Shown here: positions 16,764 through 25,886 of the stretch, piece after piece | How positions within the stretch are numbered: position 1 is the stretch's first letter | Layout of the letters: each line of letters starts with the position of its first letter | DNA from: a virus | Lineage: Duplodnaviria > Caudoviricetes | Length of the DNA stretch: 42,995 nucleotides | Strand: one strand, 5' to 3' | Virus record (IMG/VR): IMGVR_UViG_3300049458_000001 | Span: 1 to 42,995 of that record | Notes under the pieces: model-generated | Databases searched by the model: none | What the model saw: only the letters and a program-made list of their open reading frames with translations | Told to the model about the DNA's origin: nothing | Program-made: the position numbers and the translations under genes

Positions 16764-18628
16764 TGGCTGAGTTGGATTTCTCCGACCTTATACCACAGAG
16801 CAAATCTGGCGGTGGAGATCTCAGTTTTGATGATCTGATTCCCAAGCGAGAGGCCGAGCCTGCCGACCATGGACTGTCAGAGCGGCAAAAGCTGTCTCCG
16901 GTTGAAAAAGCGCTAAGTCCGATCACGAGCTATCCTGAAACCTATCAGCGAATGAATCAGGATGCGCGCGATCAGGTTTCAAGCGGCGTCGATCAGATGC
17001 TCAATCCGAAGGAAAGCCTAATTGATCCGCAGGCTCATGGTCTTTCCGAGGTCCTGACAGGAGCAGGTAAGGCCGCTCTCGGCACTGTTGGTTACGTCGC
17101 ATCGCCAATTAACGCGGCCTATCGTTCAATCATCGGCCAGCCTGTCGAAGACGTTACCGGCATCCCACGTGAGCATACCGAATTTGCGGCCCAACTCGCA
17201 ACGCCGGGGATCGGTCTGACAGGCGCAAAGCCGACGCCATCAGTAGCGTCGGCCCCTGTCGGATCACGAGCGGCCAGCGCCGCGGAACGTATCGGGGTAG
17301 ACGTTCCAAAGGGGATCGCTACAGATAGCCCACTGACGGCGTTTACGGCTCAAGTTGTCGCTCGCGCCCCAGGCGGAGGCCCGCTGACGAAGGCAATCGA
17401 GGATTCACGAGAGGGGCTACAGGGAGCAGTTTCGACCGCAGCGAACAAAGCCGGCGGCGTGATCGATCCTGCCATGGCGGGCGATAATTACGCCGCTGCT
17501 ATCGAAAACTCATTCAAGCCGACAGTGAAATCGGGGGTAAGCGCGGCCTACGAAAACGTGGCATCATTGATGGACAAAGGCAAAACAACGCCTTTGTCGA
17601 ATACGCAAGCCGCCGCTGCCGACATTCTCGCACGTCGCGGTGAATCCGCGATAGATGGGCTCGGCAAGGCCGTAGACACGGTTGCAGAGGGTATCAAGCG
17701 GCCAGGCGGCATGACATTTGACGGCATCAAGGGACTTCGTACCCATCTTGGCGAAATGCTCGATAGTGGCGTATTCCCAGAAGGCATGTCCGAAGGTGAA
17801 CTGCGCCGGCTGTATGGTGCGCTCTCGGAGGACTTAAAGACCGCGGCTTTTAACAGCGGCGGGGAGCGTGGTGTTTCCGCTCTCGAACGCGCCAACGAAC
17901 TCAACAAACAGGTCGTCAATTGGAAGGAAGGCATCAAGAAGGTCTTGGGGCCGGAAAGCCGTAGCGGCGAGGGCGTCTCGGGTGCCATTGTCAGGATGGC
18001 CAGCAACGGTTCGAGTGCTGATCTCGAGACGCTCGCGAAAGCCCGCTCTGCCGTTCCAAAAGAAGTCTGGCAGGACATAGCTTCAACCGCTATCAGTAGG
18101 CTAGGCAAATCCCGGAATGGGGAATGGACGCCTGCGGCCTTTGTTACTGATTTCCGTCAGCTCTCTGACCGCGGTAAGGCGCTATTGTTTCGCTCGGTTG
18201 GATCTGGCGATGTTCTGCCGTTCCTCGATGACATCGCTGAAGTGAGCCAGAAATTCGTTGACCGTGGGAAACTCGCAAACACATCCGGGACGGCCGGACA
18301 TAATGCACTCTACGCGGTGGGCGGCGCCATTGCTACCGGACTCGCTCACCTGTCGTTTGTAGAGCCCCTGACGGCGGTTGCCGGCATCGCTGGCATAAAT
18401 GGCACTGCCCGTCTCCTCGCACGACCAGCGACCGCCGCTTCCGTTGCTAAGTGGTCTCGCGTCTATGACAGGTTCGCAGTTGCGCAAACTCCAGCAACTC
18501 GGAACGCTCTCGCTATCGCCAGCCGAAACCTCGCCAACACTGCCGCTGCCAATGGCGTCAAATTCAATCCGTCCAGCCTGATGCAGGCGGTTCAATCGCC
18601 AGTAAGCGCAGCAGCCGAGGACCAGTAG
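16763..18628 (+). CDS. Large ejection (internal virion) protein
   Basis: N-terminal FxDLIP repeats, Ala-rich helices, NTSGTA motif near the C-terminus. Confidence 0.7.
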   Translation: MAELDFSDLIPQSKSGGGDLSFDDLIPKREAEPADHGLSERQKLSPVEKALSPITSYPETYQRMNQDARDQVSSGVDQMLNPKESLIDPQAHGLSEVLTGAGKAALGTVGYVASPINAAYRSIIGQPVEDVTGIPREHTEFAAQLATPGIGLTGAKPTPSVASAPVGSRAASAAERIGVDVPKGIATDSPLTAFTAQVVARAPGGGPLTKAIEDSREGLQGAVSTAANKAGGVIDPAMAGDNYAAAIENSFKPTVKSGVSAAYENVASLMDKGKTTPLSNTQAAAADILARRGESAIDGLGKAVDTVAEGIKRPGGMTFDGIKGLRTHLGEMLDSGVFPEGMSEGELRRLYGALSEDLKTAAFNSGGERGVSALERANELNKQVVNWKEGIKKVLGPESRSGEGVSGAIVRMASNGSSADLETLAKARSAVPKEVWQDIASTAISRLGKSRNGEWTPAAFVTDFRQLSDRGKALLFRSVGSGDVLPFLDDIAEVSQKFVDRGKLANTSGTAGHNALYAVGGAIATGLAHLSFVEPLTAVAGIAGINGTARLLARPATAASVAKWSRVYDRFAVAQTPATRNALAIASRNLANTAAANGVKFNPSSLMQAVQSPVSAAAEDQ

Positions 18629-18684
18629 CCCAACGTTCCAAGGCGCGTAGGCCAATAGAATTATCGCAACGCAGTAAACAAGCA

Positions 18685-18708
18685 GCGCCCAACGGGGCGC
18701 TTTTTTTA
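18685..18708 (+). terminator. Intrinsic terminator after the ejection genes
   Basis: AGCGCCC-AACG-GGGCGCT followed by a T-run. Confidence 0.8.
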
Positions 18709-18719
18709 TGGGAAACCGA

Positions 18720-19784
18720 ATGCTGAAACGACTTCTCATCGCGGCGGCCATTCTAGCCGGTTTGGCGGGTCATGTCCAAGCAGCCGGGACCGTCCCCGGC
18801 TTTTCCTTGGTGCCGCAGTTCGACCTCACAGGCAAGATCGCACCAGGTTGCAGGCTTTTTGTCATCCAGGCCGGCACGGTCTCAACCCCGCAAAATGCCT
18901 ATCAGGACAGCGGTTTAACGCTGCTCCAGCCGAACCCGATGCTTTGCGACGCCGCAGGGCGCTTGCCGCAATGGTTCGTCGCTGACGGAAATATCAAGCT
19001 TCGCCTGACCGATAAGAACGGCGTCCAGATCTTCAGCCAAGACGGTCTCTTGGTAGTAGGTGCCTCGTCTGGCGGTGGCGGTGGTTCACCCATTGACCCG
19101 ACTACGATTTCAGCGACAGGCGATGTTAAGTCCGCCTACGGCACGTCTATTCTCTCTGGTTGGGTAAGAGCAAACGGACGGACGATCGGTTCGTCAACTT
19201 CCGGCGCTACTGAGCGGGCCAATGCTGATTGTCAGGCCCTGTTCGTCTACCTCTGGGGTTCCGATGCAAACTTGGTCGTGAGTGGCGGACGCGGCGCTTC
19301 TGCCGCAGCGGATTGGGCGGCAAACAAGACGATTGCGCTTCCAGATTTCCGGGGGCGCACGATTGCTGGCCTTGACGACATGGGAAATAGCGCGGCCGGT
19401 CGGTTGACGGCTAGCTACTTCGGTGCGGGGCCAACGACCCTCGGGTCATCCGGTAGCAGCGGCGAAAGCACCACACTGACGCTCGCTCAACTTCCTACCG
19501 GGATTACATCAGCGAATGCGTCTCAGGCTATTGCGGTTAATCAATCCGTTAATGGCACTGGAAATGTCAGGCAAATCTATGGCGCAAACGGTACGTTTGC
19601 CAACGCCAACGCTAATGGTGGCGCATCGTTTGTTGTTCCGGCAGTCTCACTCGGCGGTGCTTGGGAACCTATTTCGAACATCAGCGGCACGAACAGCATC
19701 AGCGTTACATCGAGCAACACCAGCGGTGCCGCTCATCGCACGGTGCAGCCGACGATCCTGACCACCTATTATATTAAGCTGTAG
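18720..19784 (+). CDS. Tail fibre protein with collar domain; N-terminal signal-peptide-like sequence
   Basis: Head-binding-like YQDSGLT...NPMLCDAAGR; collar motif GW.RANG...LPDFRGRTIAGLD; H.TVQPT....YYIKL C-terminus. Confidence 0.8.
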   Translation: MLKRLLIAAAILAGLAGHVQAAGTVPGFSLVPQFDLTGKIAPGCRLFVIQAGTVSTPQNAYQDSGLTLLQPNPMLCDAAGRLPQWFVADGNIKLRLTDKNGVQIFSQDGLLVVGASSGGGGGSPIDPTTISATGDVKSAYGTSILSGWVRANGRTIGSSTSGATERANADCQALFVYLWGSDANLVVSGGRGASAAADWAANKTIALPDFRGRTIAGLDDMGNSAAGRLTASYFGAGPTTLGSSGSSGESTTLTLAQLPTGITSANASQAIAVNQSVNGTGNVRQIYGANGTFANANANGGASFVVPAVSLGGAWEPISNISGTNSISVTSSNTSGAAHRTVQPTILTTYYIKL

Positions 19785-19793
19785 GGCCAGAGC

Positions 19794-20135
19794 ATGAGCA
19801 TCACCCTAAGCTCCTCAGCGACCAACAATGCCGACTGGCAGACCCAATTCCAGTTCAACGACGCCGACACAGGAGATCTGATCGATTTCACGGGTGCAAC
19901 GATCGAGATTGATGTGAAGGATTATGATGGCTGCCGGCGTATTCAGGCGTCAACCGGAAACGGGCTGATTACCATCCAGAGCACGGGCATCTTCGAACTC
20001 GATATCCCGGCATCGACGATGGAATGTCTCTGCCCTGGTACTTATCAGATCGGCGGCGTTTACTCGCTGAATGGGGAGACCATTTCCCTGTTCACTGGAT
20101 CACTCGCGATCGTCTCTGGGGTGGCGCGCCTATGA
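19794..20135 (+). CDS. Tail-fibre accessory protein (BppU-like Ig fold)
   Basis: G..IDFTGA.I...PGTY pattern; synteny. Confidence 0.55.
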   Translation: MSITLSSSATNNADWQTQFQFNDADTGDLIDFTGATIEIDVKDYDGCRRIQASTGNGLITIQSTGIFELDIPASTMECLCPGTYQIGGVYSLNGETISLFTGSLAIVSGVARL

Positions 20136-20614
20136 CGATACCCGTGCTGAAGATCAAGGTTCTCGCCAAGCCTGTCATCAAAGGGAAGATGGATGTCCGC
20201 TTCCCTGGACTTGTACAGGCGACGGGCCCGATCCTGCTCGACAAGACGAGCGGTGTCTTCACCTTCAGCATGGACATCAATGCTCTTGCTGGGATGTTGC
20301 TGACGTACTTTCAGCCGAATGAATTGTTCGAGCAGCATATCACTGCCGCAGGACCGGCAACGATTGGCGCCGGCATTGGCATCGTTCGCGTGGACCAGAC
20401 GGTAGGTGCGGCTATCACGCTGAACCTTCCGCTAGCTGCGGCAAAGACCTGTCCGGTTCTGATAGCCGACTGGAAGGGTGACGCCGGCACCAACAATATC
20501 ACTATCAACCCATCCGGCTCTGAGAAAATCCAAGGTCAATCATCTTGGACAATCGCAGGGGACACGGGCAGCATTTTCCTCAGGCCGATTCCAGGGGTCG
20601 GATACGTCATATGA
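20132..20614 (+). CDS. Tail-fibre accessory/adaptor protein
   Basis: ITLNLP...D.KGDAGTNNITINPSG.E.I.G motif common in fibre junction domains; ATGA coupling. Confidence 0.6.
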   Translation: MTIPVLKIKVLAKPVIKGKMDVRFPGLVQATGPILLDKTSGVFTFSMDINALAGMLLTYFQPNELFEQHITAAGPATIGAGIGIVRVDQTVGAAITLNLPLAAAKTCPVLIADWKGDAGTNNITINPSGSEKIQGQSSWTIAGDTGSIFLRPIPGVGYVI

Positions 20615-22383
20615 TGCAGACTTTTAAGCTCGCTACGGCCGCCATTCTGGCGGCTTTTTTTATGTCCACAGCCGCAGCGCAGAACACGGGGACGGTGACA
20701 AGCCGTGCGTTTGCCGTTGGCAAGGGTCCAGGCACGAACGGGTTTGACTCTGTACTCTGCACGCAAGCTCAGATCGCGATAGGGCAGAACGCGGCCAAGC
20801 CGATCTGTGCTGCGCTTTCCGGCGATGTCACGATGACGGCGGCTGGTGTAACAGCGATCGGCGCCAGCAAGGTCACGAATGCGCAGCTTGCGACAATGGC
20901 AGCGTTTACCTTCAAGGGGAACGCAACCGGCTCGACTGCCAACCCGACCGATATCAGTATTCCTGCGCTCACGACCAAAGCGAGCCCGACAGGCAGTGAC
21001 TACGTTCTCATTTCCGACCAGGCCGCATCTGGCGCGCTGAAGAAGGCTGCTTATCCGACGACTGGCGGCCTGACTGTTGGTACGACCCCAATCACGGGTG
21101 GCACTACAGGGCGACCGCTTTACGACAATGCCGGCGCTGTTGGCGAATATACCCAGGTTCCCACGGGGTTCGGTGGGACGGGTGCGAGCAATTCAACGAA
21201 CGCCACAGGCGACTTTCTCACGTCGGGTAGCACCAATGGCACCTTCGCGGCACGTAGCTTGAATGCACTCTGCACTCTGGCTCCGAGTGTTTGTTCGCTT
21301 GCACTTGGTTACGTCAATGCAGCCTGGTATGGCGCCGGAGGTGCAGCATGCGACGGATCAACCGATATCCGCGTGGCGATGCAGGCTGCAATCACAGCCA
21401 CGCCCGTTGGCGGCAGGCTCTACTTTCCAAAGCAGGGGACGACGGGCGGATGCGTTGTCAGCAAGAGCGCTGGGCCGCAGGCCATCTCCATTAGTCAGCC
21501 AATTAATATCGTTTGCGACCCTGGCGTATCGATCCAACCCAACAGTACTCTTGGGACCACTGGGTCTACCAACGACGTTATCCATTGGTCCGGAAACTCT
21601 ACCGGCACGACTTTCTCCTCGTCGATGCAAAATTGCATCATCGGTAATTCCGGCGCCGCGACCAGGTTCGGGCGTCATGGCATTCTCTTTGATACTACCA
21701 CTGCCGGTAACTACTTCGCCAGGCTAACCCTCCCCGGAGTCTTCGTCCAAGCCGGCACCTCCGGCACTGGTTACGGTGTCTATCTTCTCAACGATGCCGT
21801 CCAGAATCCCAACGGCGGTATATTCCTTTCCCAGATCGGCGATGCGGCCTCAATCTTCCAGGGCGGGGTCCGGCTCGAGGGCGTAGGCGATAGCATCAAG
21901 GTCTACGGCACCCTCCCGTACAACTCCGCCGGCAGCGCCGATAATAATGGCCTATGGATATCGCTGGCCAACGGTGCTGGAGGTGCTGCCGGCGATCTTC
22001 AGGTCAACATCAACATGGCCCAGCCTGGTGGTGTTCAACTTCTCTGCGGCTACAACGTGGAATTTCGCGGGGAATACGAACTTCAGGCCGCACTGACCGG
22101 GAATGCCTTGCTCGATATCAGTGGAGCCAATTGCACTTCCAACGGCGTTCGTGTCCGCGCGCAGATGCAGGCGATCTCCGGTATCGGCACTCCACTCCTG
22201 CTCAAGGTCTCTTCCAACATCACTGCCTTCCTTCTCGCCGAGAGCAATATCGCTACGCCAACGGCCTATTCCCCGGTCAATAATGCCAGCACCACGTTCC
22301 AGCTCGGCCCTAACTTCTGGTCGGTCGGTGGCGCAACCCACATCACTGGAACAGCGGCAGCAAATACTTTCGGAGGCGGTTGA
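20611..22383 (+). CDS. Tailspike / receptor-binding protein (beta-helix, pectate-lyase-3-like) with signal-peptide-like N-terminus
   Basis: YGAGGAACDGSTD....QAAI.....GGRLYFP is the canonical start of a beta-helix domain; G/T/S-rich neck. Confidence 0.8.
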   Translation: MMQTFKLATAAILAAFFMSTAAAQNTGTVTSRAFAVGKGPGTNGFDSVLCTQAQIAIGQNAAKPICAALSGDVTMTAAGVTAIGASKVTNAQLATMAAFTFKGNATGSTANPTDISIPALTTKASPTGSDYVLISDQAASGALKKAAYPTTGGLTVGTTPITGGTTGRPLYDNAGAVGEYTQVPTGFGGTGASNSTNATGDFLTSGSTNGTFAARSLNALCTLAPSVCSLALGYVNAAWYGAGGAACDGSTDIRVAMQAAITATPVGGRLYFPKQGTTGGCVVSKSAGPQAISISQPINIVCDPGVSIQPNSTLGTTGSTNDVIHWSGNSTGTTFSSSMQNCIIGNSGAATRFGRHGILFDTTTAGNYFARLTLPGVFVQAGTSGTGYGVYLLNDAVQNPNGGIFLSQIGDAASIFQGGVRLEGVGDSIKVYGTLPYNSAGSADNNGLWISLANGAGGAAGDLQVNINMAQPGGVQLLCGYNVEFRGEYELQAALTGNALLDISGANCTSNGVRVRAQMQAISGIGTPLLLKVSSNITAFLLAESNIATPTAYSPVNNASTTFQLGPNFWSVGGATHITGTAAANTFGGG

Positions 22384-22388
22384 GGCTT

Positions 22389-22550
22389 CTAGCCCGTGTG
22401 GGCTCTCCGATGCTTGTCCTGCCAAAGACGAAACTGAGCGTAAGTCACTTCAGCTTCGTCATCGCATAAAGAACATCTGAAGTAGAAAATTCTAAGAAAA
22501 GTTGGCCGGTCACTGCACTTCGGACACGGCATCCGGTGTTCGTTCTTCAC
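22389..22550 (-). CDS. Small Zn-ribbon protein
   Basis: GTG start with GGAGG RBS; CPKC...CSLC. Confidence 0.5.
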   Translation of the reverse strand: MKNEHRMPCPKCSDRPTFLRIFYFRCSLCDDEAEVTYAQFRLWQDKHRRAHTG

Positions 22551-22590
22551 GTTGCTTCTTCCTCCCCAGCGAGACAGCATGGCGCGATCG

Positions 22591-22803
22591 TCAATATGCC
22601 TCGTACCAGTCAAAACAGTAATTTCCGCTAACTATGTGCGCTGGATTGCACTTGCTCAGATCATCGGGAGATCCAGCGATCTTGCGGATGCGACTGGCCA
22701 TCGGCCATTTGTCCTTGGCGACGTTCAAACCGGCGCTGAACCCGATGACAAACGCGAATCCCGCAATCAGCGCGCACGCGCCGATCATGTGTAGTCTATT
22801 CAC
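22591..22803 (-). CDS. Small membrane-anchored protein (moron-like)
   Basis: N-terminal TM (MIGACALIAGFAFVIGFSAG); two Cys in the soluble part; antisense to the late operon. Confidence 0.55.
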   Translation of the reverse strand: MNRLHMIGACALIAGFAFVIGFSAGLNVAKDKWPMASRIRKIAGSPDDLSKCNPAHIVSGNYCFDWYEAY

Positions 22804-22870
22804 TTATTCCCCCAAGCACGCCCATTGATCGGGCGGCAACCTATCACCACAACATAAGCAGAATCAACCC

Positions 22871-23575
22871 ATGGTAGACGTTACCGCACTAACTCGTGCG
22901 AACGCTAAGCGCTGGCATAATGCAACGCCGACAAGGACGGCGCAGGCCAGTTCGGTCGCAAGGCGCCTGATCGCGGCTAAGGCTCGATACCAGACGGTTG
23001 AGGGCAAAACGGGCGTTCCGTGGTTCGTTATTGGCGTTATCCACGAACGCGAGTCCTCGCAGGACTGGACGACCCATCTGGGGCAGGGTGACCCCCTGAA
23101 TAAGGTTACAGTCCATGTCCCAGCCGGCCGAGGTCCGTTCTTTGGCCCCGATGCGTGGGAACGGGGCGCCGTGGATGCGTTGGCGGACTGTGCCCCCTAT
23201 CTGACCCGCAAAACCAACTGGCACACCCCAGAGGACGTTCTAACGAATCTGGAGGCCTATAACGGGCTGAAGTATGCGGGGGGGGATCGACCGTCTCCCT
23301 ACGTCTGGAGTGGAACCAGCATTTACGACCCCCCGAGCGGGCCGGGCGGGAAGGTCGTCCGGGACCATGGCCCGATCGAGGACGTCGTTGATAAGCAGCT
23401 TGGGTGCGCTGCGATGCTGATGGCGATGATGGCGCTTGATCCGTCGATCTCGTTCGGAAAGCCGCTTCAGGTCGAGGCACCTAAACCAGTTCAGCCTTCA
23501 GTAACCAACCCATCGCCGGGCTCGCTCGGTGCGTTTATTGCGTCGATCTTCAATGCAATTTTTAAGAGAAAATGA
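22871..23575 (+). CDS. Endolysin (lysozyme-like fold)
   Basis: GVPWFVIGVIHERESS catalytic-Glu helix, LGQGDPL, LEAYNG.KY, SPYVWSGT, D.QLGCAAML. Confidence 0.85.
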   Translation: MVDVTALTRANAKRWHNATPTRTAQASSVARRLIAAKARYQTVEGKTGVPWFVIGVIHERESSQDWTTHLGQGDPLNKVTVHVPAGRGPFFGPDAWERGAVDALADCAPYLTRKTNWHTPEDVLTNLEAYNGLKYAGGDRPSPYVWSGTSIYDPPSGPGGKVVRDHGPIEDVVDKQLGCAAMLMAMMALDPSISFGKPLQVEAPKPVQPSVTNPSPGSLGAFIASIFNAIFKRK

Positions 23576-24065
23576 TGTGTTTCCACCATTTTCCGAGGCG
23601 GATTTGAGAGATCAGAGTTTGGTGTACTCCGTATCTATCAGCAAGCTTTTGCTGCGTAATCCCTTTGGCAGAAAGGATTGCAAGCACGTCAGCTTCGGAA
23701 AGTTTAGCTGCATGATGATCTTCGCCGCGCGTTTGCCGCTCATTGTTTATTCGTGGGCCACGCGCCTGACGACCCTTCATATTACGATCCCTCATGTTGT
23801 CAGCGTTCGTGCCAAGGAACAAATGCCCTGGGTTAATGCATGCACGGTTGTCGCAACTGTGGAGAACGTGGAGCCCATCGGTAATCGGGCCGCAGTACAA
23901 CGAAAAACTAACGCGATGAGTCAGGGACGACTTTCGATCAACAGTTATCCGACCGTAGCCGCCTCTATTTTTGACTCCCGTCCAATTCCAACATCCATCT
24001 TGGGTTTTGGAAAGTTTAGCAAAGAGGCGTTGTTCAAGCGTTTTCAAGGTGAAAAACTCCCGCAA
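23562..24065 (-). CDS. Free-standing HNH homing endonuclease (HNH_3 type, C-terminal HTH)
   Basis: CWNWTG...GYG...THRVS...VLHSCDNRACINPGHLFLGTNADNMRD; AKL...Q..LA..YGV....IS.I tail. Confidence 0.92.
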   Translation of the reverse strand: MREFFTLKTLEQRLFAKLSKTQDGCWNWTGVKNRGGYGRITVDRKSSLTHRVSFSLYCGPITDGLHVLHSCDNRACINPGHLFLGTNADNMRDRNMKGRQARGPRINNERQTRGEDHHAAKLSEADVLAILSAKGITQQKLADRYGVHQTLISQIRLGKWWKHIIFS

Positions 24066-24103
24066 ATCAGTCCGCCATTATACACTTTTTAATAGGGAAA
24101 ATC

Positions 24104-24592
24104 ATGACTACCATTCTGCTGATACTTGCGCTGATCGTCATATTTGCGTTCGTCTATGCGCTCGTCATTCGGAAGTGGCTGAAAACAAAGTCGTGGGCGC
24201 AGGGCTATTTTACAGCGGTTGAGCCATTCGAAATCGCGCTGTTCAAGAAGTCGGAGACGGTCCTGGTCGGTCGCCTCGTGTGGTTCGGCGGCCTGATGGT
24301 CACTCTCTATGATGGCTTCGTGGCCTATTTCAGCTCTCTCAATTATGAGCCGCTGACGACGCGGATCATGGACTTCCTGCATATCCCGGCAGATCTTCGC
24401 AGTTTCACGCTGAGTGCTTTTGTGACTGGACTGGGGCTGGCAATCGTTCGGCTGCGGAAGACCACCACGAAGCCGCTCGAGCTCGTTGCAGTTCCAGACG
24501 CGCAGGTCACGCCGGCCGCCGCGCAAGCGATGGCAAAGGCTGAGACCGCCAAGGACAAGGCAGTTGACGCCGTGGCGGGGACCAATCCGTAA
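24104..24592 (+). CDS. Multi-TM membrane protein, holin candidate
   Basis: Three hydrophobic segments; RLRKTTTKPL motif; lysis region. Confidence 0.6.
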   Translation: MTTILLILALIVIFAFVYALVIRKWLKTKSWAQGYFTAVEPFEIALFKKSETVLVGRLVWFGGLMVTLYDGFVAYFSSLNYEPLTTRIMDFLHIPADLRSFTLSAFVTGLGLAIVRLRKTTTKPLELVAVPDAQVTPAAAQAMAKAETAKDKAVDAVAGTNP

Positions 24593-24984
24593 TGTGGCTA
24601 GCCCTCATGCAGCTTATCGGAGGCCCGGTCGTGTCGGGTCTCATAAGCGCCTACCAGGAACACCTAAAGGCCGCGACTAACGACAAGGCGATTGCCTCGG
24701 ATCTTGCTGCGAAAGAGATTGCTGCTCAGACTGCTGAAACGCAGTCCATTACTTCGCTCAAGATCGCGCAGATTGGGCACCCTTTTGAGCCCGAAAAACT
24801 CGCCATGTACATCACGTTGATCTTCTATGCCAAGGTGATGGTTTGGGACAAAGTGTTTGGTCTCGGCGTTACGGATGAGGTCAAAGGATCATCGGCGATC
24901 TGGGCCGGCCTCATCATGGGTTTCTACTTCACCAAGCGCGGCGCCGAAAACGTCACGACGATCATTAGCGCATTCAGAAAGTAG
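24592..24984 (+). CDS. Holin-like membrane protein (3TM type)
   Basis: N-terminal amphipathic helix, two C-terminal TMs, GFYF..R..E motif. Confidence 0.6.
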   Translation: MWLALMQLIGGPVVSGLISAYQEHLKAATNDKAIASDLAAKEIAAQTAETQSITSLKIAQIGHPFEPEKLAMYITLIFYAKVMVWDKVFGLGVTDEVKGSSAIWAGLIMGFYFTKRGAENVTTIISAFRK

Positions 24985-25042
24985 GTGCGTAACAGGCTGG
25001 GAATGATCCTAGCGAGCAGAAGTAGCTAGGAGCATAGCGAGA

Positions 25043-25456
25043 ATGAGCCTTTACCAATGGGTGACGCTGGGACTCGGCGCCTTTGGTTTCCTCAGCACCT
25101 GGATACTTGGTGCTTTCAAGATTGGCCGTGCCGTCGAACAGATGCGCGCTGGCGTTCGAGAAGAAATCAGGCAAGAGCGGAATGCAATCTTTGCAAAAAT
25201 CGAAGAGTTGGAACGTCGTTTCGATGCGGATCAAAAGACGCAAGATCACAACTTCGGAGAGGTAGGCGCAGCTATGCGACAATACATCGCCGATGTCGAA
25301 AAGAAGGTTCGCGAGGTCGAGATTTATGGCCGCGACAACTATGTGAAGATCCCCGATTTTGAGCGGGCTGTTGAGCGGCTATCCGCAGACTTCAAGAGCG
25401 CGGTTGGAGAAATAAAGGACGACATTCGGGACTTGCTGAAAGCCAAGCCGAGCTAA
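25043..25456 (+). CDS. TM-anchored coiled-coil protein
   Basis: N-terminal TM followed by heptad-rich helix; AGGAG RBS. Confidence 0.7.
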   Translation: MSLYQWVTLGLGAFGFLSTWILGAFKIGRAVEQMRAGVREEIRQERNAIFAKIEELERRFDADQKTQDHNFGEVGAAMRQYIADVEKKVREVEIYGRDNYVKIPDFERAVERLSADFKSAVGEIKDDIRDLLKAKPS

Positions 25457-25566
25457 TGCCTCACGCAAAACGACGCGCAAACCTGTACCTGATCCTAACT
25501 GGGATGGGTCTATTCGCTTTGATCGTCGTGATGATCTTGTTGATGACAATACCCGCGCGGTTCTAA
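25456..25566 (+). CDS. 36-aa single-TM peptide
   Basis: MPHAKRRANLYLILTGMGLFALIVVMILLMTIPARF*; TAATG coupling. Confidence 0.55.
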   Translation: MPHAKRRANLYLILTGMGLFALIVVMILLMTIPARF

Positions 25567-25604
25567 CCGCCAGCATCTTTCTATCCGTTAAGATCTGAAA
25601 GGAA

Positions 25605-25829
25605 ATGACCATGATCCCCCTGGCTATTTCGATTCTGTGGCTCCTGATCGGGGTCATCGTGCTTCTGGGTGTCGTCTGGTTGGCGCTCTATGTCGTCAAG
25701 CTGTTTGCCTCGATCCCGCCGCGCATTGAACAGGCGGTATGGGCCATCGTGCTCATTCTCTGCCTCATCGGTGCGCTGACGCTACTGGCGGGAGGTGGCG
25801 GAAGTATGCGCTTTCCCTCCCTCCGCTGA
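25605..25829 (+). CDS. Two-TM small membrane protein
   Basis: Two long hydrophobic helices with an IPPRI loop; AAGGA RBS. Confidence 0.75.
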   Translation: MTMIPLAISILWLLIGVIVLLGVVWLALYVVKLFASIPPRIEQAVWAIVLILCLIGALTLLAGGGGSMRFPSLR

Positions 25830-25886
25830 GAGCCAGGTCGATGACTTACCGCCTGTCTATCCTGCTCCTCCTAGCATCTGCAAAGG

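Noticed and set aside
18182-18751. Minus-strand ORF with a hydrophobic stretch
   Set aside because: Overlaps an ejection gene, a terminator and the fibre start; no RBS. At most a moron remnant.
19537-19552. TTAA...TTAA as a CtrA box
   Set aside because: Spacer is 8 nt rather than 7, and it lies inside a coding region.
23529-24092. 187-aa plus-strand ORF in the lysis region
   Set aside because: Antisense shadow of the clearly recognisable HNH gene.
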